Shown one piece after another: positions 31,053-42,641 of a stretch of 64,000 nt of DNA; positions within the stretch are counted from its first letter, which is position 1, and each line of letters opens with the position of its first letter. The notes under the pieces are model-generated. The model was not told where the DNA came from. It saw only the letters and a program-made list of their open reading frames with translations, and did no database searches. Where the stretch lies: NCBI GenBank assembly GCA_963824385.1, contig CAWGPD010000003.1, positions 1-64,000 on the forward strand, read 5' to 3'. The position numbers and the translations under genes were made by a program. Source of the DNA: an uncultured Nitrososphaerota archaeon (GTDB lineage Archaea; Thermoproteota; Nitrososphaeria; Nitrososphaerales; Nitrosopumilaceae).

Positions 31053-32006
31053 TTATTTTTCTATATTTCCAATTTCTGCAAGTAAAGCTGATAACTGAAT
31101 CTCTGGATTTGCTCCTATGATTAATCTATAATCGTATTTTGCTATGGCCTCTAAAATCTCTGACAAATGAGGAGTCTTAATTCTGTAACATTCTTCATTG
31201 AGATATTTTAGAAAGTCTGATTCAGACATTCCATATACTTTGATGAGTTCAATCATCTTGCTTCTAGCTTCTGAAAGTTTTCCATCAAGTACAAGTTTTA
31301 GAATAACGCTAACATCACTTGTTTTGGCAAGTCCTGCAGAGGATTTTACATTTTCTTCATTTATGGTTCCAACACTTGCAGTTGCTTGTAACATGTTTAT
31401 GGAATGCCGCATGTCGCCTTCTGAATACAAATACAAAGTTTTTAGACCATTTTCATTATACTTTATCTTCTCTTTTTTACAAATTTCTTCTAAATGGCTT
31501 ACTACATCCTCTTCTGATATCCTCGTAAACTTGAAAACAGCGCATCTACTTTGAAGAGGTTCTATGATTTTTGATATATTGTTTGCAATCATGATGAACC
31601 TACAATGTTTTGATGTATCCTCAATGATTCTTCTCAAGGCAGTCTGAGCATCTGAGGTCATCTCATCGGCTTCATCCAAAATTACAAGTTTAAACGGAAT
31701 ATTAGTATCTAAACCAGAGAATCTTGCAAATTTCTTTACTCTTTCTCTTACCATGTTGATACCGCGTTCATCGGACGCATTAAGCTCCAAAGTATATTCA
31801 TGCCATGTATCTCCTAAAATTTCTCTTGCAAGACATAATGCAGTAGTTGTCTTGCCAACTCCAGCTGAGCCAGAAAATAATAGGTGCGGCATTTCTGATG
31901 TATTTTTTAGAAGCGATCTTAGGCTTCCAACTATCTCTTTCTGATTTATTATTGATGCGATCTTTATTGGACGGTATTTTTCTACCCACATCGAAGATTC
32001 TATCAT
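31053..32006 (-). CDS. rfcS: Replication factor C small subunit
   Basis: WVEKYRP, GVGKTT, ELNASDERG, LDEAD, QSRC. Confidence 0.97.
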   Translation of the reverse strand: MIESSMWVEKYRPIKIASIINQKEIVGSLRSLLKNTSEMPHLLFSGSAGVGKTTTALCLAREILGDTWHEYTLELNASDERGINMVRERVKKFARFSGLDTNIPFKLVILDEADEMTSDAQTALRRIIEDTSKHCRFIMIANNISKIIEPLQSRCAVFKFTRISEEDVVSHLEEICKKEKIKYNENGLKTLYLYSEGDMRHSINMLQATASVGTINEENVKSSAGLAKTSDVSVILKLVLDGKLSEARSKMIELIKVYGMSESDFLKYLNEECYRIKTPHLSEILEAIAKYDYRLIIGANPEIQLSALLAEIGNIEK

Positions 32007-32307
32007 AGGGACATACGTCTTTCACTTACTAATAAAATTAAGTCTAAGAAATCTAATTGTAAATTATTAACATCGATCTAAATCAGACAGTTGGGTATTC
32101 CTCAATGACCTATTGTTATTATGTTTGAAAAAGACTTACATTGCTAGGATGATAACTCAGATTCTAATGGTGGATGAGAAAAAAGGTGTTTCAGTTATGA
32201 AGAGGTATGAATTTGTACAAATAGAATCTAGATCAAATGATCAAAGTAAATGGTTAACAGAATTGATCGATCGATCCCTTTAGAGGCCTGAAGGAGGATC
32301 GAGTAAA

Positions 32308-32823
32308 TTGAACATATCAGAACTCATACAGGTGCATAGTATAGGATACCGATTACAAGATGTTAAAGTCAATTTTGTATATGATCTCAAAATAGAGGCA
32401 CCTACAGTATCAGTAGAATCTAAACAAGGTGAGATAATGAGTGTCTCTAGATGGGTAGCCGAAGTATTATCCGCAGAAAAACTTGTCCAAGTACAAGACA
32501 TGGATATGGTAGTTGCTTTGAAACAAGCAGTTATGAAAGAAAATGTTCAGGGGGATTTTGATCTTTCTACATTGGAATTGGACTTTTACATCAAAGTCAA
32601 TTCGTTCACACAAAGACTTCCACAAGAAGATCGTGATAAAATAGAAAGCATGTTGAACTCTCTTATTCGTAAAAGACAAGGAAAAATAATCCGATTAGCA
32701 GATTCATCAAAGATGACATCTGATTTAGCAAAGAAATTGACAATTGAAGAACGCACACTATTTGATTATATTCATAATAACAGCACTGAATTTAAAAAAC
32801 AAATACTAGGTGATAAAAATTGA
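32308..32823 (+). CDS. GINS subunit (Gins23-like)
   Basis: W.AEVL, R..KI..LA, LT.EE; overlaps the mcm start, canonical gins23-mcm linkage. Confidence 0.85.
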   Translation: MNISELIQVHSIGYRLQDVKVNFVYDLKIEAPTVSVESKQGEIMSVSRWVAEVLSAEKLVQVQDMDMVVALKQAVMKENVQGDFDLSTLELDFYIKVNSFTQRLPQEDRDKIESMLNSLIRKRQGKIIRLADSSKMTSDLAKKLTIEERTLFDYIHNNSTEFKKQILGDKN

Positions 32824-34901
32824 CTGTACAATCAGAATCTATTTCAAAAAGTAAACTTCAAGATCAAGTAAAAGAATTTTTAAGTCAATTTAAAGACAAA
32901 TCTGGGTCTTACAAATATGTTGATGAAATAGATCAAATGATGGCAAAGAAAACACAATACATTGTAGCTGATTATAATGATCTAGTATCAAATCCTGAAA
33001 TTGAATCTGTGTTTAATGTTGATCCTGATGAAATTCTTAGAGCCTTTGGCGGTGCAATAAAAGATATTCTTAAAGAAAGATTTCCACAATATGCAGAAAA
33101 AATTCGTCATGATATTAGAGCCAGAATCTCAAATTATCCATCTCAACGTAGTTTGCGTGAAGTAAATGCAGAAGTTATTGGAAAAATGATAAGTGTATCT
33201 GGAATGGTTGTTCGATCTTCTGAAATTAAACCTCTTGCAAAAGAACTAGTCTACTTTTGTCCAGATAATCACAAAACTGTAAGAGTCCAAGAAAAAGGTC
33301 TAGAGTTTAAGGAACCACTCAAATGTGATAATGGAAAATGTACTCATAGAGATCTTGAGATAAGTCCTGAACAAAGCAAGTTTATTGATTTTCAGATGGT
33401 AAGACTACAAGAATTACCAGAGGACTTGCCTCCTGGACAATTACCTCATTACCTTGATGTTACAGTCCTGCAAGATTTGGTTGACAACGCAAGACCTGGA
33501 GATCGTATTATCCTAACAGGAATTGTAAGAATCGAACAGGAACACATCCCTACTATGAGAGGCAAGAGTGGGATTTACAGATTAAGAATTCAGGGAAATA
33601 ATATAGAGTTTCACAGGGGACGTGGAAACAAGGCTTCTAGAAGTACTGAAAGAGAAGAAATTTCTCCTGATGAAGAAAGAATAATCAAATCACTTGTCAA
33701 AAATCCTGATATTTATGATAGGCTTATAGCTTCATTTGCACCCCATGTGAGCGGACATGATATAATCAAGGAAGCTATCTTGTTGTTAATTGTAGGTTCA
33801 ACTCAAAAACTTCTTGCAGATGGTGCTAAAATTCGTGGTGATATCAACGTCTTTTTGGTGGGTGATCCAGGTACCGCAAAAAGTGAGATGTTAAAATTCT
33901 GTGCAAGAATTGCTCCTAGAGGACTTTACACATCTGGAAGAGGTTCTACTGCTGCAGGACTTACAGCAGCAGTTGTAAGGGATAAAATTGGTATAATGAT
34001 GCTTGAGGCAGGGGCAGTAGTCTTGGGTGATCAAGGTCTTGTCTGTATAGATGAATTTGATAAAATGAAACCTGAAGATAGAAGTGCATTACATGAAACT
34101 ATGGAACAACAGTCTGTAAGTATTGCAAAAGGTGGAATTGTTGCAACCCTGAACGCAAGGACTTCAATTTTAGCAGCTGCAAACCCAATGTATGGAAAAT
34201 ATGATCCTTTCAAGAATATTACGGAGAACGTTAACCTTCCAGTTCCACTTCTAACACGTTTTGATCTTATTTTTGTTGTGAGAGATATTCCATCAAAAGA
34301 AAGAGATACAAGAATAGCACGACACATATTGAACTTACATAGGGTTTCAGGAACTGATACAAAATCGTTAATTGATGTTGATATTCTTACAAAATATCTG
34401 TCATATGCAAAGAGATCTGATCCAAATCTTACTCCAGAAGCAGAAGATAAGATTCTGAATTACTATATGACCATGAGAAACGTGGAATCTGAAGGAATGA
34501 TTACAGTAACACCTAGACAACTAGAAGGACTTGTAAGATTAGCCACCGCAAGAGCTAGACTATTAATGAAAACACAAGTTGATGGCGAAGATGCAGAAAG
34601 AGCCATCTTTCTCATACAAAGTATGCTACAAGATGCAGGAGTTGATGTAAATACAGGAAAAGTTGATCTTGGAGTCCTTCAGGGACGTCCTCACAGCGAA
34701 GTCTCAAAAATGCAATTATTCATGGATGTAATGAAATCACTTGAAGGAGACGAAAAGAGACCTGTTGAGGAAAAAACTTTTGTCAAAGAATTGGTCAAGA
34801 CTGGCAAATTCACAGAAGAAGATGCAAGAAAGTATATGAAAAAATTGCAAAGAGAGTCAGCTATTTATGAATCAAAACCTGGTCATTATAACCGGGTATG
34901 A
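32820..34901 (+). CDS. mcm: MCM replicative helicase
   Basis: GDPGTAKS, GLTAAV, IDEFDKM, MEQQ, AAANP, TPRQLE; no intein. Confidence 0.98.
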   Translation: MTVQSESISKSKLQDQVKEFLSQFKDKSGSYKYVDEIDQMMAKKTQYIVADYNDLVSNPEIESVFNVDPDEILRAFGGAIKDILKERFPQYAEKIRHDIRARISNYPSQRSLREVNAEVIGKMISVSGMVVRSSEIKPLAKELVYFCPDNHKTVRVQEKGLEFKEPLKCDNGKCTHRDLEISPEQSKFIDFQMVRLQELPEDLPPGQLPHYLDVTVLQDLVDNARPGDRIILTGIVRIEQEHIPTMRGKSGIYRLRIQGNNIEFHRGRGNKASRSTEREEISPDEERIIKSLVKNPDIYDRLIASFAPHVSGHDIIKEAILLLIVGSTQKLLADGAKIRGDINVFLVGDPGTAKSEMLKFCARIAPRGLYTSGRGSTAAGLTAAVVRDKIGIMMLEAGAVVLGDQGLVCIDEFDKMKPEDRSALHETMEQQSVSIAKGGIVATLNARTSILAAANPMYGKYDPFKNITENVNLPVPLLTRFDLIFVVRDIPSKERDTRIARHILNLHRVSGTDTKSLIDVDILTKYLSYAKRSDPNLTPEAEDKILNYYMTMRNVESEGMITVTPRQLEGLVRLATARARLLMKTQVDGEDAERAIFLIQSMLQDAGVDVNTGKVDLGVLQGRPHSEVSKMQLFMDVMKSLEGDEKRPVEEKTFVKELVKTGKFTEEDARKYMKKLQRESAIYESKPGHYNRV

Positions 34902-37022
34902 AAATAGAGCAGTTAGACATTCCTTCCTCTGCAATTGAATTTCTGCAAAAAAATGGATATGTAAATCTGTATCCTCCTCAAGAAAAAACAATCAAAGCTG
35001 GATTGCTTGAAAGAAAAAGTATCTTAGTCTCTGCTCCAACTGCAAGTGGTAAGACATTGCTTGCAATGCTTGCTATAATAAAACATCTTTCTGAAAAAAA
35101 AGGCAAGATTGTATATCTTAGTCCTCTAAAGGCACTAGCATCTGAAAAATTTAATGAATTTAAAAAACTTGAATCTGTTGACCTTGGAAAGGATTTAAAA
35201 ATTCAAATATCAACTGGGGATTTTGACATATCTGACAAAAGTCTTGGTCAAAATGACATTCTTGTGTTAACTAATGAAAAAATGGATTCTATCATAAGAC
35301 AAGGTGCAGAATGGATAGATGAAATAAGTCTTGTAATTGCTGATGAAGTTCATTTGTTGGGTGATGATGATAGAGGTCCCACCCTTGAAATTGTGCTTAC
35401 GAAACTAAAATTATTGCCACAAAAACCCCAGATACTGGCTCTTAGTGCTACTGTTACTAACGCTGACGAAATCTCTGACTGGTTAGAATGTACACTTGTA
35501 CATAGTGAATGGAGACCAGTTCCTTTGTCAGAAGGAGTGTATGATCAAGGTGTAGTAACCATGCAAGACAGAAAAAAATTTGAAATTGAAACAAGTATAA
35601 GAGGTCCACCAGTTGACTTGGGATTAGATTCGCTAAAGAATGGAGGTCAAGCCATTTTGTTTGCAGAAACAAGAACTCGTTCAGTATCGCTTGCTACAAA
35701 GGCATCAGAAGCAGTATACAGGACTCTAAACACTGATGAAAAAGAATCATTAGAAAAAATCTCACAAAAAATTCTAAATGATAATGAACAAACTGAACTT
35801 GTCAAGACCTTGGCAACTCTAGTTAAAAATGGAGTAGCATTTCACCATGCCGGTCTTAATCAGAACTGCAGAGATCTAATCGAGTCTGAATTTAGAAATA
35901 AAAGAATAAAAATTCTAGCATCCACTCCCACCTTGGCTGCAGGAGTGAATCTTCCTGCAAGAAGAGTAGTTGTTGCTAATGTGACTAGATTTGATGCAAA
36001 GTATGGGGCTAACAAACCAATTAGCATACTTGAATACAAGCAGCTATGTGGTCGTGCAGGTAGACCACAATATGATGAATATGGGGAGGCAATCATCGTT
36101 GCTAACTCAAATAGTGAAGAAATTTTTGATTATTACATAAATGGAATTCCGGAACCAATTTCTTCAAAGCTTACTGGAGACAAGGCATTAAGGATACATC
36201 TTCTTAGGCTTTGTATCTACCAGTCCTGGTATCAAAGGAGAGGATATAGTAGAATTTTTTTCAAAGACACTTTCAGGTTCTCAAGAACGAAAGACTACAA
36301 TAAAATTTCATGTTCAAATTACTCTGAGATATCTTGAATCTGAAGAACTTGTAAAACAAAAAGGAAACAGGTATATCGCAACAGAATTTGGTAAAAAAAC
36401 TTCTACATTGTATATTGATCCTCTAACTGCAGTTCTATTTAGAAAATCAATTGAAAAAATTTCAAAAAAAGAACATACGCTTGGTTTGTTACATATAATT
36501 ACTAGCTCTGAAGATTTTTTCCCAAAGTTTTCACTGAGAAATAAAGATTATGAACTTGTAGGTACTTTGATTGAAAATTATGCTGATCAATTAATTGAAA
36601 ATATTTCAGAATATGATTGTAATCGAAGTCTTCTTGCAATACATGCTTGGATTAATGAATCCAGTGAAATATTTCTCTCTGATAACTTTGGTATCGAATC
36701 TGGTGATATGCATAGAATATCTGAAAGTGCAGACTGGCTTGTTCATGCACTTTATGAGATTGCAAAACTAGAGAAAAAAGATGAAATCCTCGATGAAATT
36801 GATACTTTGAGGTCCAGAATTACATATGGAATCAAAAAAGAGCTTGTTGATTTGGTACGTGTAAAAGGAATTGGACGAGTTAGAGCCAGAATACTCTTCA
36901 AAAATGGCATAAAAACTACAGAGGATCTAAATGAAATCACTACTGAAAAACTTGCAAAATTAGACAAGATAGGGCCAATTATCGCAGAAAACATAAAGAC
37001 ACACCTGAAAAAGATAAGATAA
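34898..37022 (+). CDS. hel308: Hel308/Ski2-like DNA helicase; apparent +1 frameshift at 36206-36210
   Basis: APTASGKT, DEVH, SAT, HHAG, GRAGR; AGGCT to AGCT opens the frame through ATEFG..TS.LYIDP into the HhH domain. Confidence 0.92.
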
Positions 37023-38008
37023 TGCTGGATAGAACAATCGCAGGAATACTGATCTCAACAATAGCATTTGTTACTGTTTATGCAATTACTCCTGGTCTGA
37101 TTAATACTCTTACAAAGAGAAACATGGTTGTAAAAGATTATAATAAAGAGGTTGCAACAACGGTCGCTCGCCCTGGAGGACCTTCAATACTTGCAGGAAT
37201 TTTGGCTTCTGAATTTGTACTCTACACATTCTTTCCTTCTACAGCAATATTGGCAATTATAATTACAACTTCACTTGCTTTTCTTGTAGGTTTTGCCGAT
37301 GACAGAAAAGTCCTTAGTGGATGGTTCAAACCTTTAGCTCTTGCGGGAACTGCAATACCTATAATTTTACTTGGTGTATATTATCCACATCTTGCATTTC
37401 CATTGTTTGGTTCAGTGCATATACCCGAACTCTATTTAGCGTTGATAATTTTTATGATTTCTATAACAGGAAATGCAATAAACTCTATTGATGTGCTCAA
37501 TGGTGTTGCAAGTGGATTTATGACAATTGCAAGTTTTGCACTTACAATTTGTCTTGTCATTGTACATAATTATGATATTGCACTAGCAAGTTTACCTCTA
37601 GGATTTGTCTCTCTTGCATTTTACAAATATCATAAAGTTCCAAGTAGAATATTTCCTGGAGATTCTGGAGTTATAACTATGGGAGCAATGTTTGGTACAT
37701 TAGCTATTGTTGGTCATGTTGAAGTTATTGCAGCAGTTGCATTACTTCCTGCTGTGATAAACTCTTTTCTATTTCTCTCAAGTGTGAAAAGAGTAATTGA
37801 ACATAGGCAGATTAAAGCAAAGCCTGTAGTTCATACAGAAGACTTCAGACTAATGGCAAGTGATGATAAATCAGCACCAGTAACTCTTGTTAGATTGATT
37901 TTAGCAAATGGACCTATGACTGAAAAGCAAGTGGGATTTGTAATTTTTAAACTAGCCTTTTTCTCTGCAGCATTGGCAATCATTACAGCTTTTATGATGA
38001 GGGCCTAA
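37022..38008 (+). CDS. UDP-GlcNAc:dolichyl-phosphate GlcNAc-1-P transferase (MraY/GT4 family)
   Basis: GFADD, NAINSIDVLNG, IFPGDSG. Confidence 0.9.
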   Translation: MLDRTIAGILISTIAFVTVYAITPGLINTLTKRNMVVKDYNKEVATTVARPGGPSILAGILASEFVLYTFFPSTAILAIIITTSLAFLVGFADDRKVLSGWFKPLALAGTAIPIILLGVYYPHLAFPLFGSVHIPELYLALIIFMISITGNAINSIDVLNGVASGFMTIASFALTICLVIVHNYDIALASLPLGFVSLAFYKYHKVPSRIFPGDSGVITMGAMFGTLAIVGHVEVIAAVALLPAVINSFLFLSSVKRVIEHRQIKAKPVVHTEDFRLMASDDKSAPVTLVRLILANGPMTEKQVGFVIFKLAFFSAALAIITAFMMRA

Positions 38009-38011
38009 AAT

Positions 38012-38245
38012 ATGAAAGCAAAACCTGTCTACATCTACATTTTGCTAATGTGGACACTGATTATTGCTGGAGGAGGATTGCTTGTCCTAATTGTAGAACA
38101 TATTTCAATACATGGATTTGGAGCGTTTGATCATATACTGGATTCAATTGTAAAAGCAGCTATTGCAATGATACTAGTGGTGCTTTGGGTTTTGTTAATG
38201 TCAAAAATAAAGAACTGGATTTTCCAAAAAGAAATGAGTCACTAG
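38012..38245 (+). CDS. Small two-TM membrane protein
   Basis: Two hydrophobic helices, operonic spacing. Confidence 0.7.
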   Translation: MKAKPVYIYILLMWTLIIAGGGLLVLIVEHISIHGFGAFDHILDSIVKAAIAMILVVLWVLLMSKIKNWIFQKEMSH

Positions 38246-38720
38246 CCTCTCTTCCCAGTTCTTCTTCTTCTTGTCATATTCTTCTCTTGAATACTTGACT
38301 TTTGCTGGAACTCCAACTACAACACAATTGGGTGGAACATCCTTTGTTACCACTGCACCCATTGCTACCACACTATTCTTACCTATTCTAACTCCTGCCT
38401 TAATTACTGCCTTGGAACCTATGACAGACTCCATCTTCTATGGTAACTCCTATCATCTTTTTACTGGCAGGATATGGATCATTGGTTAGTGCTGCAGCCG
38501 GACCAATGAAAACATTTTTTCCAATTATGGAAAGAGGTGGTATGTAAACAAGTCCCTCTATCATAGTATTTTCTCCTATCTTTACATTGTAATCTACATG
38601 TGCAAGAGAACCAATCTTGACATTATCCCCAATCTCTGCATTATCTCCTACATAAGCAAAATGCCATATCCTTACATTTTTCCCAAGTTTTGCTTTTTCA
38701 GAAATGAAATTTGTTACCAT
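38242..38720 (-). CDS. Hexapeptide-repeat (left-handed beta-helix) N-acetyltransferase; frameshift at 38426-38430, possibly a second at 38244-38248
   Basis: IG.NV.IG repeats, [16 protein letters not shown]....GVPAK; AGCT repair gives IEDGAVIGS. Confidence 0.88.
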
Positions 38721-38726
38721 TTTATA

Positions 38727-38996
38727 TCACAAGTGCCATGGAGAGCCTTTTGAAACTATCTTATCAGGAAGAGTATTTTTGAACTTGTTTAAGAATTCAA
38801 TATCTTGATTTTTGTCTCGCAGTTCATCAGGCAACATTATAGGAATCTCTTCTATTATTGGATAATATCTTGAGCACTTTGAACAAAATATTACGCCGTC
38901 AGAAATAATTTCGTCTTTGGAATTAAATTCTACAAGCTCAAGTGGAAAGTGTTTGTCTATTGGACACGCTAAAATCTCTATCAGTTTTCTGTTCAT
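38727..38996 (-). CDS. Trm112-like methyltransferase activator
   Basis: LACPIDK, CSKC.RYYPI...IPIML. Confidence 0.9.
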   Translation of the reverse strand: MNRKLIEILACPIDKHFPLELVEFNSKDEIISDGVIFCSKCSRYYPIIEEIPIMLPDELRDKNQDIEFLNKFKNTLPDKIVSKGSPWHL

Positions 38997-39928
38997 TTTA
39001 GGTCTAGATAGATTGGAGTTCCTTTTTGGCTAGATAAAAGTGCCGCTTCTGCAATTTTGGTGGTATTCAAAGCATCTTCTGCTCTTACTCTTATGGGTTC
39101 TTTTCCCTCTATTGCAGAAATGAAATTCTTTATCTCTAAAAGCAATGGCTCTTCCATATCCTTGCGAGGTATTTCAGCTCCTGAACTGGTTTCAATTTTT
39201 ACCTCTTGTGTAATAAAATCTGAAGAAATTATTGCATCTCCACATACAGCATTGAATTTTCTTACACGTATTGGAGTAATCCAGTTTGATGATATGATTG
39301 CAACTCTGTTATCTTTGAAGCCTAGCATAATTGTTGCAAAATCCTCATGTTCGTGTCTTATTTTTCCAGATCTTGCAAATACGACTTCTGGCACATCATC
39401 AAATAACCACATGGCGGTATCTATGTCATGAACTGAAGTATCGTAAATGATTCCTACATCTTTTATGTGATTGGGCATTCTGTTTTCTCTATGAAATTCA
39501 AGCATTATCAATTCGCCATACTTCTTTGTCTTGACATATTCTTTGACAAGTGAGACAGCAGGATTGAATCTCTCTATGTAGCCACTTGTAAGAACCACCT
39601 TATTTTTCTTGGCTAGTTTGAGTAACTCTTCACCTTCATGTGAGAGATAAGTCATAGGTTTTTCTACAAAGACATTTTTCTTTTGCTCCAAGAGTTTTTT
39701 TGCTATCTCAAAATGAGTTGAGGTAGGTGTGCAAACAAATGCTGCATCAAATTGCTCAGAATCCATAAGTGAATCTAGGGATGAATAATAATTTACAGAA
39801 TATTTTTTGCCAAATTCTTCTGCACGGGATGTATTCATGTCACATATTGCAGAAAGAACTCCAAAATGAGAAAGAATTCTGGCGTGATTTTTTCCAAAGC
39901 CGCCAGTACCTATCTGAACTATTTTCAT
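38993..39928 (-). CDS. Gfo/Idh/MocA oxidoreductase (probable nucleotide-sugar dehydrogenase)
   Basis: IGTGGFG..HAR, VEKP, ERFNP, D..VHDID. Confidence 0.9.
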   Translation of the reverse strand: MKIVQIGTGGFGKNHARILSHFGVLSAICDMNTSRAEEFGKKYSVNYYSSLDSLMDSEQFDAAFVCTPTSTHFEIAKKLLEQKKNVFVEKPMTYLSHEGEELLKLAKKNKVVLTSGYIERFNPAVSLVKEYVKTKKYGELIMLEFHRENRMPNHIKDVGIIYDTSVHDIDTAMWLFDDVPEVVFARSGKIRHEHEDFATIMLGFKDNRVAIISSNWITPIRVRKFNAVCGDAIISSDFITQEVKIETSSGAEIPRKDMEEPLLLEIKNFISAIEGKEPIRVRAEDALNTTKIAEAALLSSQKGTPIYLDLK

Positions 39929-39929
39929 C

Positions 39930-40847
39930 TCAATACACCGATGTTATCCATTTTGAGTATTTTTTATTTTTGCCCATGGTGATATCTGAATAGATTGTTC
40001 GAAGCTTTTCTGTAATCTTGCCTACTTTGCCATCTCCAACCTTTTTATCATCTATTGAAATAACTGGAGTTATCTCTGCAGCTGTTCCTGTCAAAAATAC
40101 CTCATCAGCAAAATAAATCTCGGTTCTAGGAATTTCGCGTTCAATTGTTTGATAACCAAGATCTTTTGCTATCTTAATGACAGAATCTTTTGTTATCCCT
40201 TCCAATGCTGATGAGCTAGGTGGAGGAGTTAACAACTTTCCATTTCTTATAATAAAGATATTTTCTCCAGGCGCCTCACTTATGTTTCCTAGATGATCTA
40301 ATAATATGGCTTCATCGTAACCATTTCTCTTTGATTCCTGTGTCGCTAGTATGGAATTAAGATAATTTCCGCCCATTTTTGCAAGTGGCGGTGTAGACAT
40401 ATCGCTAATTCGTCTCCAAGAAGATATGCCAGTCTTTATTCCATTTTTGTTGAACAGTTCTCCAAAAGGAAACATGACTACAGCTGCATGTGTTGGGGTA
40501 TCTTTAGTTACATGTAGATTGATTCCATGTATGCCTACGAAATAAAATGGCCTTATGTAGCATGATTCTTTTACATTATTTTTTTTACAAAGATCAATTA
40601 TGGCATTAGCTATTTCTTTATCTGTAAATCTCAAAGAAATTGAATATACCTTACCTGAATTTCTAAATCTCTTTATGTGATCTTCAAGTCTGAAAATATA
40701 CAAATTTTTGGAATTCCAGTATCCTCGAAGTCCCTCAAAAACTGAAGTTCCGTAATGTATGGCGTGAGTCATAACTGGAACCTTTGCATCTTCATCCTTT
40801 ACAATTTTTCCATCAAACCAGACAAATTTTGGCACAAAAGGTTTCAT
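39930..40847 (-). CDS. ilvE: Branched-chain amino-acid aminotransferase
   Basis: HYGTSVFEG, AK.GGNY, E..GEN, LEGIT, GTAAE. Confidence 0.95.
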   Translation of the reverse strand: MKPFVPKFVWFDGKIVKDEDAKVPVMTHAIHYGTSVFEGLRGYWNSKNLYIFRLEDHIKRFRNSGKVYSISLRFTDKEIANAIIDLCKKNNVKESCYIRPFYFVGIHGINLHVTKDTPTHAAVVMFPFGELFNKNGIKTGISSWRRISDMSTPPLAKMGGNYLNSILATQESKRNGYDEAILLDHLGNISEAPGENIFIIRNGKLLTPPPSSSALEGITKDSVIKIAKDLGYQTIEREIPRTEIYFADEVFLTGTAAEITPVISIDDKKVGDGKVGKITEKLRTIYSDITMGKNKKYSKWITSVY

Positions 40848-40883
40848 ATTGAAAAACCCAATCCGTCTATAATTAATCTATTT

Positions 40884-41480
40884 CTACCAAAATCCAATGC
40901 TTGGGAATTTCATTCCTAATACACGATATGTGAGATCCTTAGCATTTGCAAATTTCTTTACAATATCCCAGTTTTTGCGTATTATTTGTACTACTTCAGG
41001 TTCGACATAATTTTCCCAATCTGTATCTTTTCCCATTGCTGTCTCAAACATCTTTTGTTTTACAGAAGATGCCGAAGTTTCCTTTCTCTTTCCTATTCTA
41101 GGATTAAGCCCATAGAGTTTGAGCACAAAACCCTCAGCTTTGTCTCCGGTATACGTGAAATAATCTTTAGTTACTTCATCAAGAATTTGTTTTTTTATTT
41201 TCCATGAATAGGGAGATAACATGGGAGGCATGTATTTTGCAAATGGTGCATAGAACGTATAATTTGGTAAAACAGTAATACTGTCACCAAATACTGCTTT
41301 GAGCATTCTCTTTCTCAAGTCATAACTGAATGGAAAACTTCTACTGTTGATTTCTTTACCATCCTTCATGAATATAACTGGCAATACTCTTACCTCATTT
41401 TCATTTTTTAATTCATTGATAATTTCTACGTGAGCCTTGGTTACGGGATTCAAATGTGCAAGATATATTGCAATTGTCAA
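40884..41480 (-). CDS. Cytidylyltransferase-like (HxxH) nucleotidyltransferase
   Basis: AHLNPVTKAH, PFS...R..M, SASSVK. Confidence 0.7.
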   Translation of the reverse strand: MTIAIYLAHLNPVTKAHVEIINELKNENEVRVLPVIFMKDGKEINSRSFPFSYDLRKRMLKAVFGDSITVLPNYTFYAPFAKYMPPMLSPYSWKIKKQILDEVTKDYFTYTGDKAEGFVLKLYGLNPRIGKRKETSASSVKQKMFETAMGKDTDWENYVEPEVVQIIRKNWDIVKKFANAKDLTYRVLGMKFPSIGFW

Positions 41481-41544
41481 CTGGCTTCAGTATTTTCATG
41501 GCATATTTCAATCATTTAGAATTGTGAGAAAATTCTCAAGAATA

Positions 41545-41618
41545 TAGGGACGATGGGACTTGAACCCACGACATCCAGCGCCCGAGGCTGGCAGTCTACC
41601 AAGTTAACCTACGTCCCT
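41545..41618 (-). tRNA. tRNA-Pro(CGG)
   Basis: CCAGC-CT CGG GC-GCTGG arm. Confidence 0.94.
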
Positions 41619-41667
41619 GTAGACTCGCCAAAGTAATAGAATATTATTCTTTCAAAGAATGCTTTTT

Positions 41668-42510
41668 TTATCCGTATGATTCGTATTTGATCTCAAAGCT
41701 TTTGTCTGCTCGCTTGGTTCTTTCTGTGACAAAGCCTTTTGGTGTTAAAACATCCATACACCCATCAATAGTTCCTTGCCATCCACAAATGAAGAATACA
41801 GTATTGTCTTTTGTGATTTTCTCACCAACCATCTTTTCAAGTGTCGACATTTCTCCATCTTTTGATTGTAAGAAACTCTCTACTCTTCCTTTATTGCCAT
41901 TCCAAGTTCTGTTGAACCATTCATCTGGTCTACTAATAGTAGCCCTGTATTTGAAATTCCATTTGTCTTTTCCTCTATCCAGACTTTCCTCTTCTAGTCG
42001 AGTTAATTCTTCTCTGTAACCTAATTCATCAACATAACTAACTCCGTGAAATACTACGACTTCTCTTTTACTTCCTATTGCATGAAGATGTTTTGCATAA
42101 CTTACAAATGGTGCAAGACCTGTGCCACCGCCAAGACATACTATTCTTCTATTGTCAGGTTCACCATCTGGTTTCTTATCTTCTATAGTAAAAGGACCAG
42201 TTGGTTTTAACCAAATTATTTCATCTCCTTCTTTTGCACTAAACAAAACTGTAGTAAGACGTCCTGGAAGTGGTTTTCTAACCCATCTTATGTATAATTC
42301 AATATATTTTCTGTTTTCTGGATTTGATGCAATTGAGTATGCTCTTCGAATAACTTTATTCTCTGCTGGAATATGCGCTCCAAGTGTAAGAAATTGTCCA
42401 GCTTTGTATTGTGGAACTTCACCGCCATCTTTTGGTTTGAATCTGAAAACTCCTAAATCTTCTTTCTGAATTTGGATGTAGGAAATTATCGCTTTACTGT
42501 CTACGACCAC
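41668..42510 (-). CDS. Ferredoxin--NADP+ reductase
   Basis: RAYSIAS, GRLT, GGTGLAP, ICG, E.Y terminus. Confidence 0.92.
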   Translation of the reverse strand: MVVDSKAIISYIQIQKEDLGVFRFKPKDGGEVPQYKAGQFLTLGAHIPAENKVIRRAYSIASNPENRKYIELYIRWVRKPLPGRLTTVLFSAKEGDEIIWLKPTGPFTIEDKKPDGEPDNRRIVCLGGGTGLAPFVSYAKHLHAIGSKREVVVFHGVSYVDELGYREELTRLEEESLDRGKDKWNFKYRATISRPDEWFNRTWNGNKGRVESFLQSKDGEMSTLEKMVGEKITKDNTVFFICGWQGTIDGCMDVLTPKGFVTERTKRADKSFEIKYESYG

Positions 42511-42641
42511 GTGAAGTTTTTGATTTAGAAGGTTAAATATCTTATGCTGTTATTTTGCATACAAATTTTGATTCACGCTAAACGTTAATAACCTCTCAAA
42601 AAAAGTTAATGCAAATCAGATGTAATATTCTGATTGAATAT

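Noticed and set aside
32007..32307. Replication origin between rfcS and gins-mcm
   Set aside because: No ORB-like repeats with G-strings and no cdc6/orc1 gene in the window
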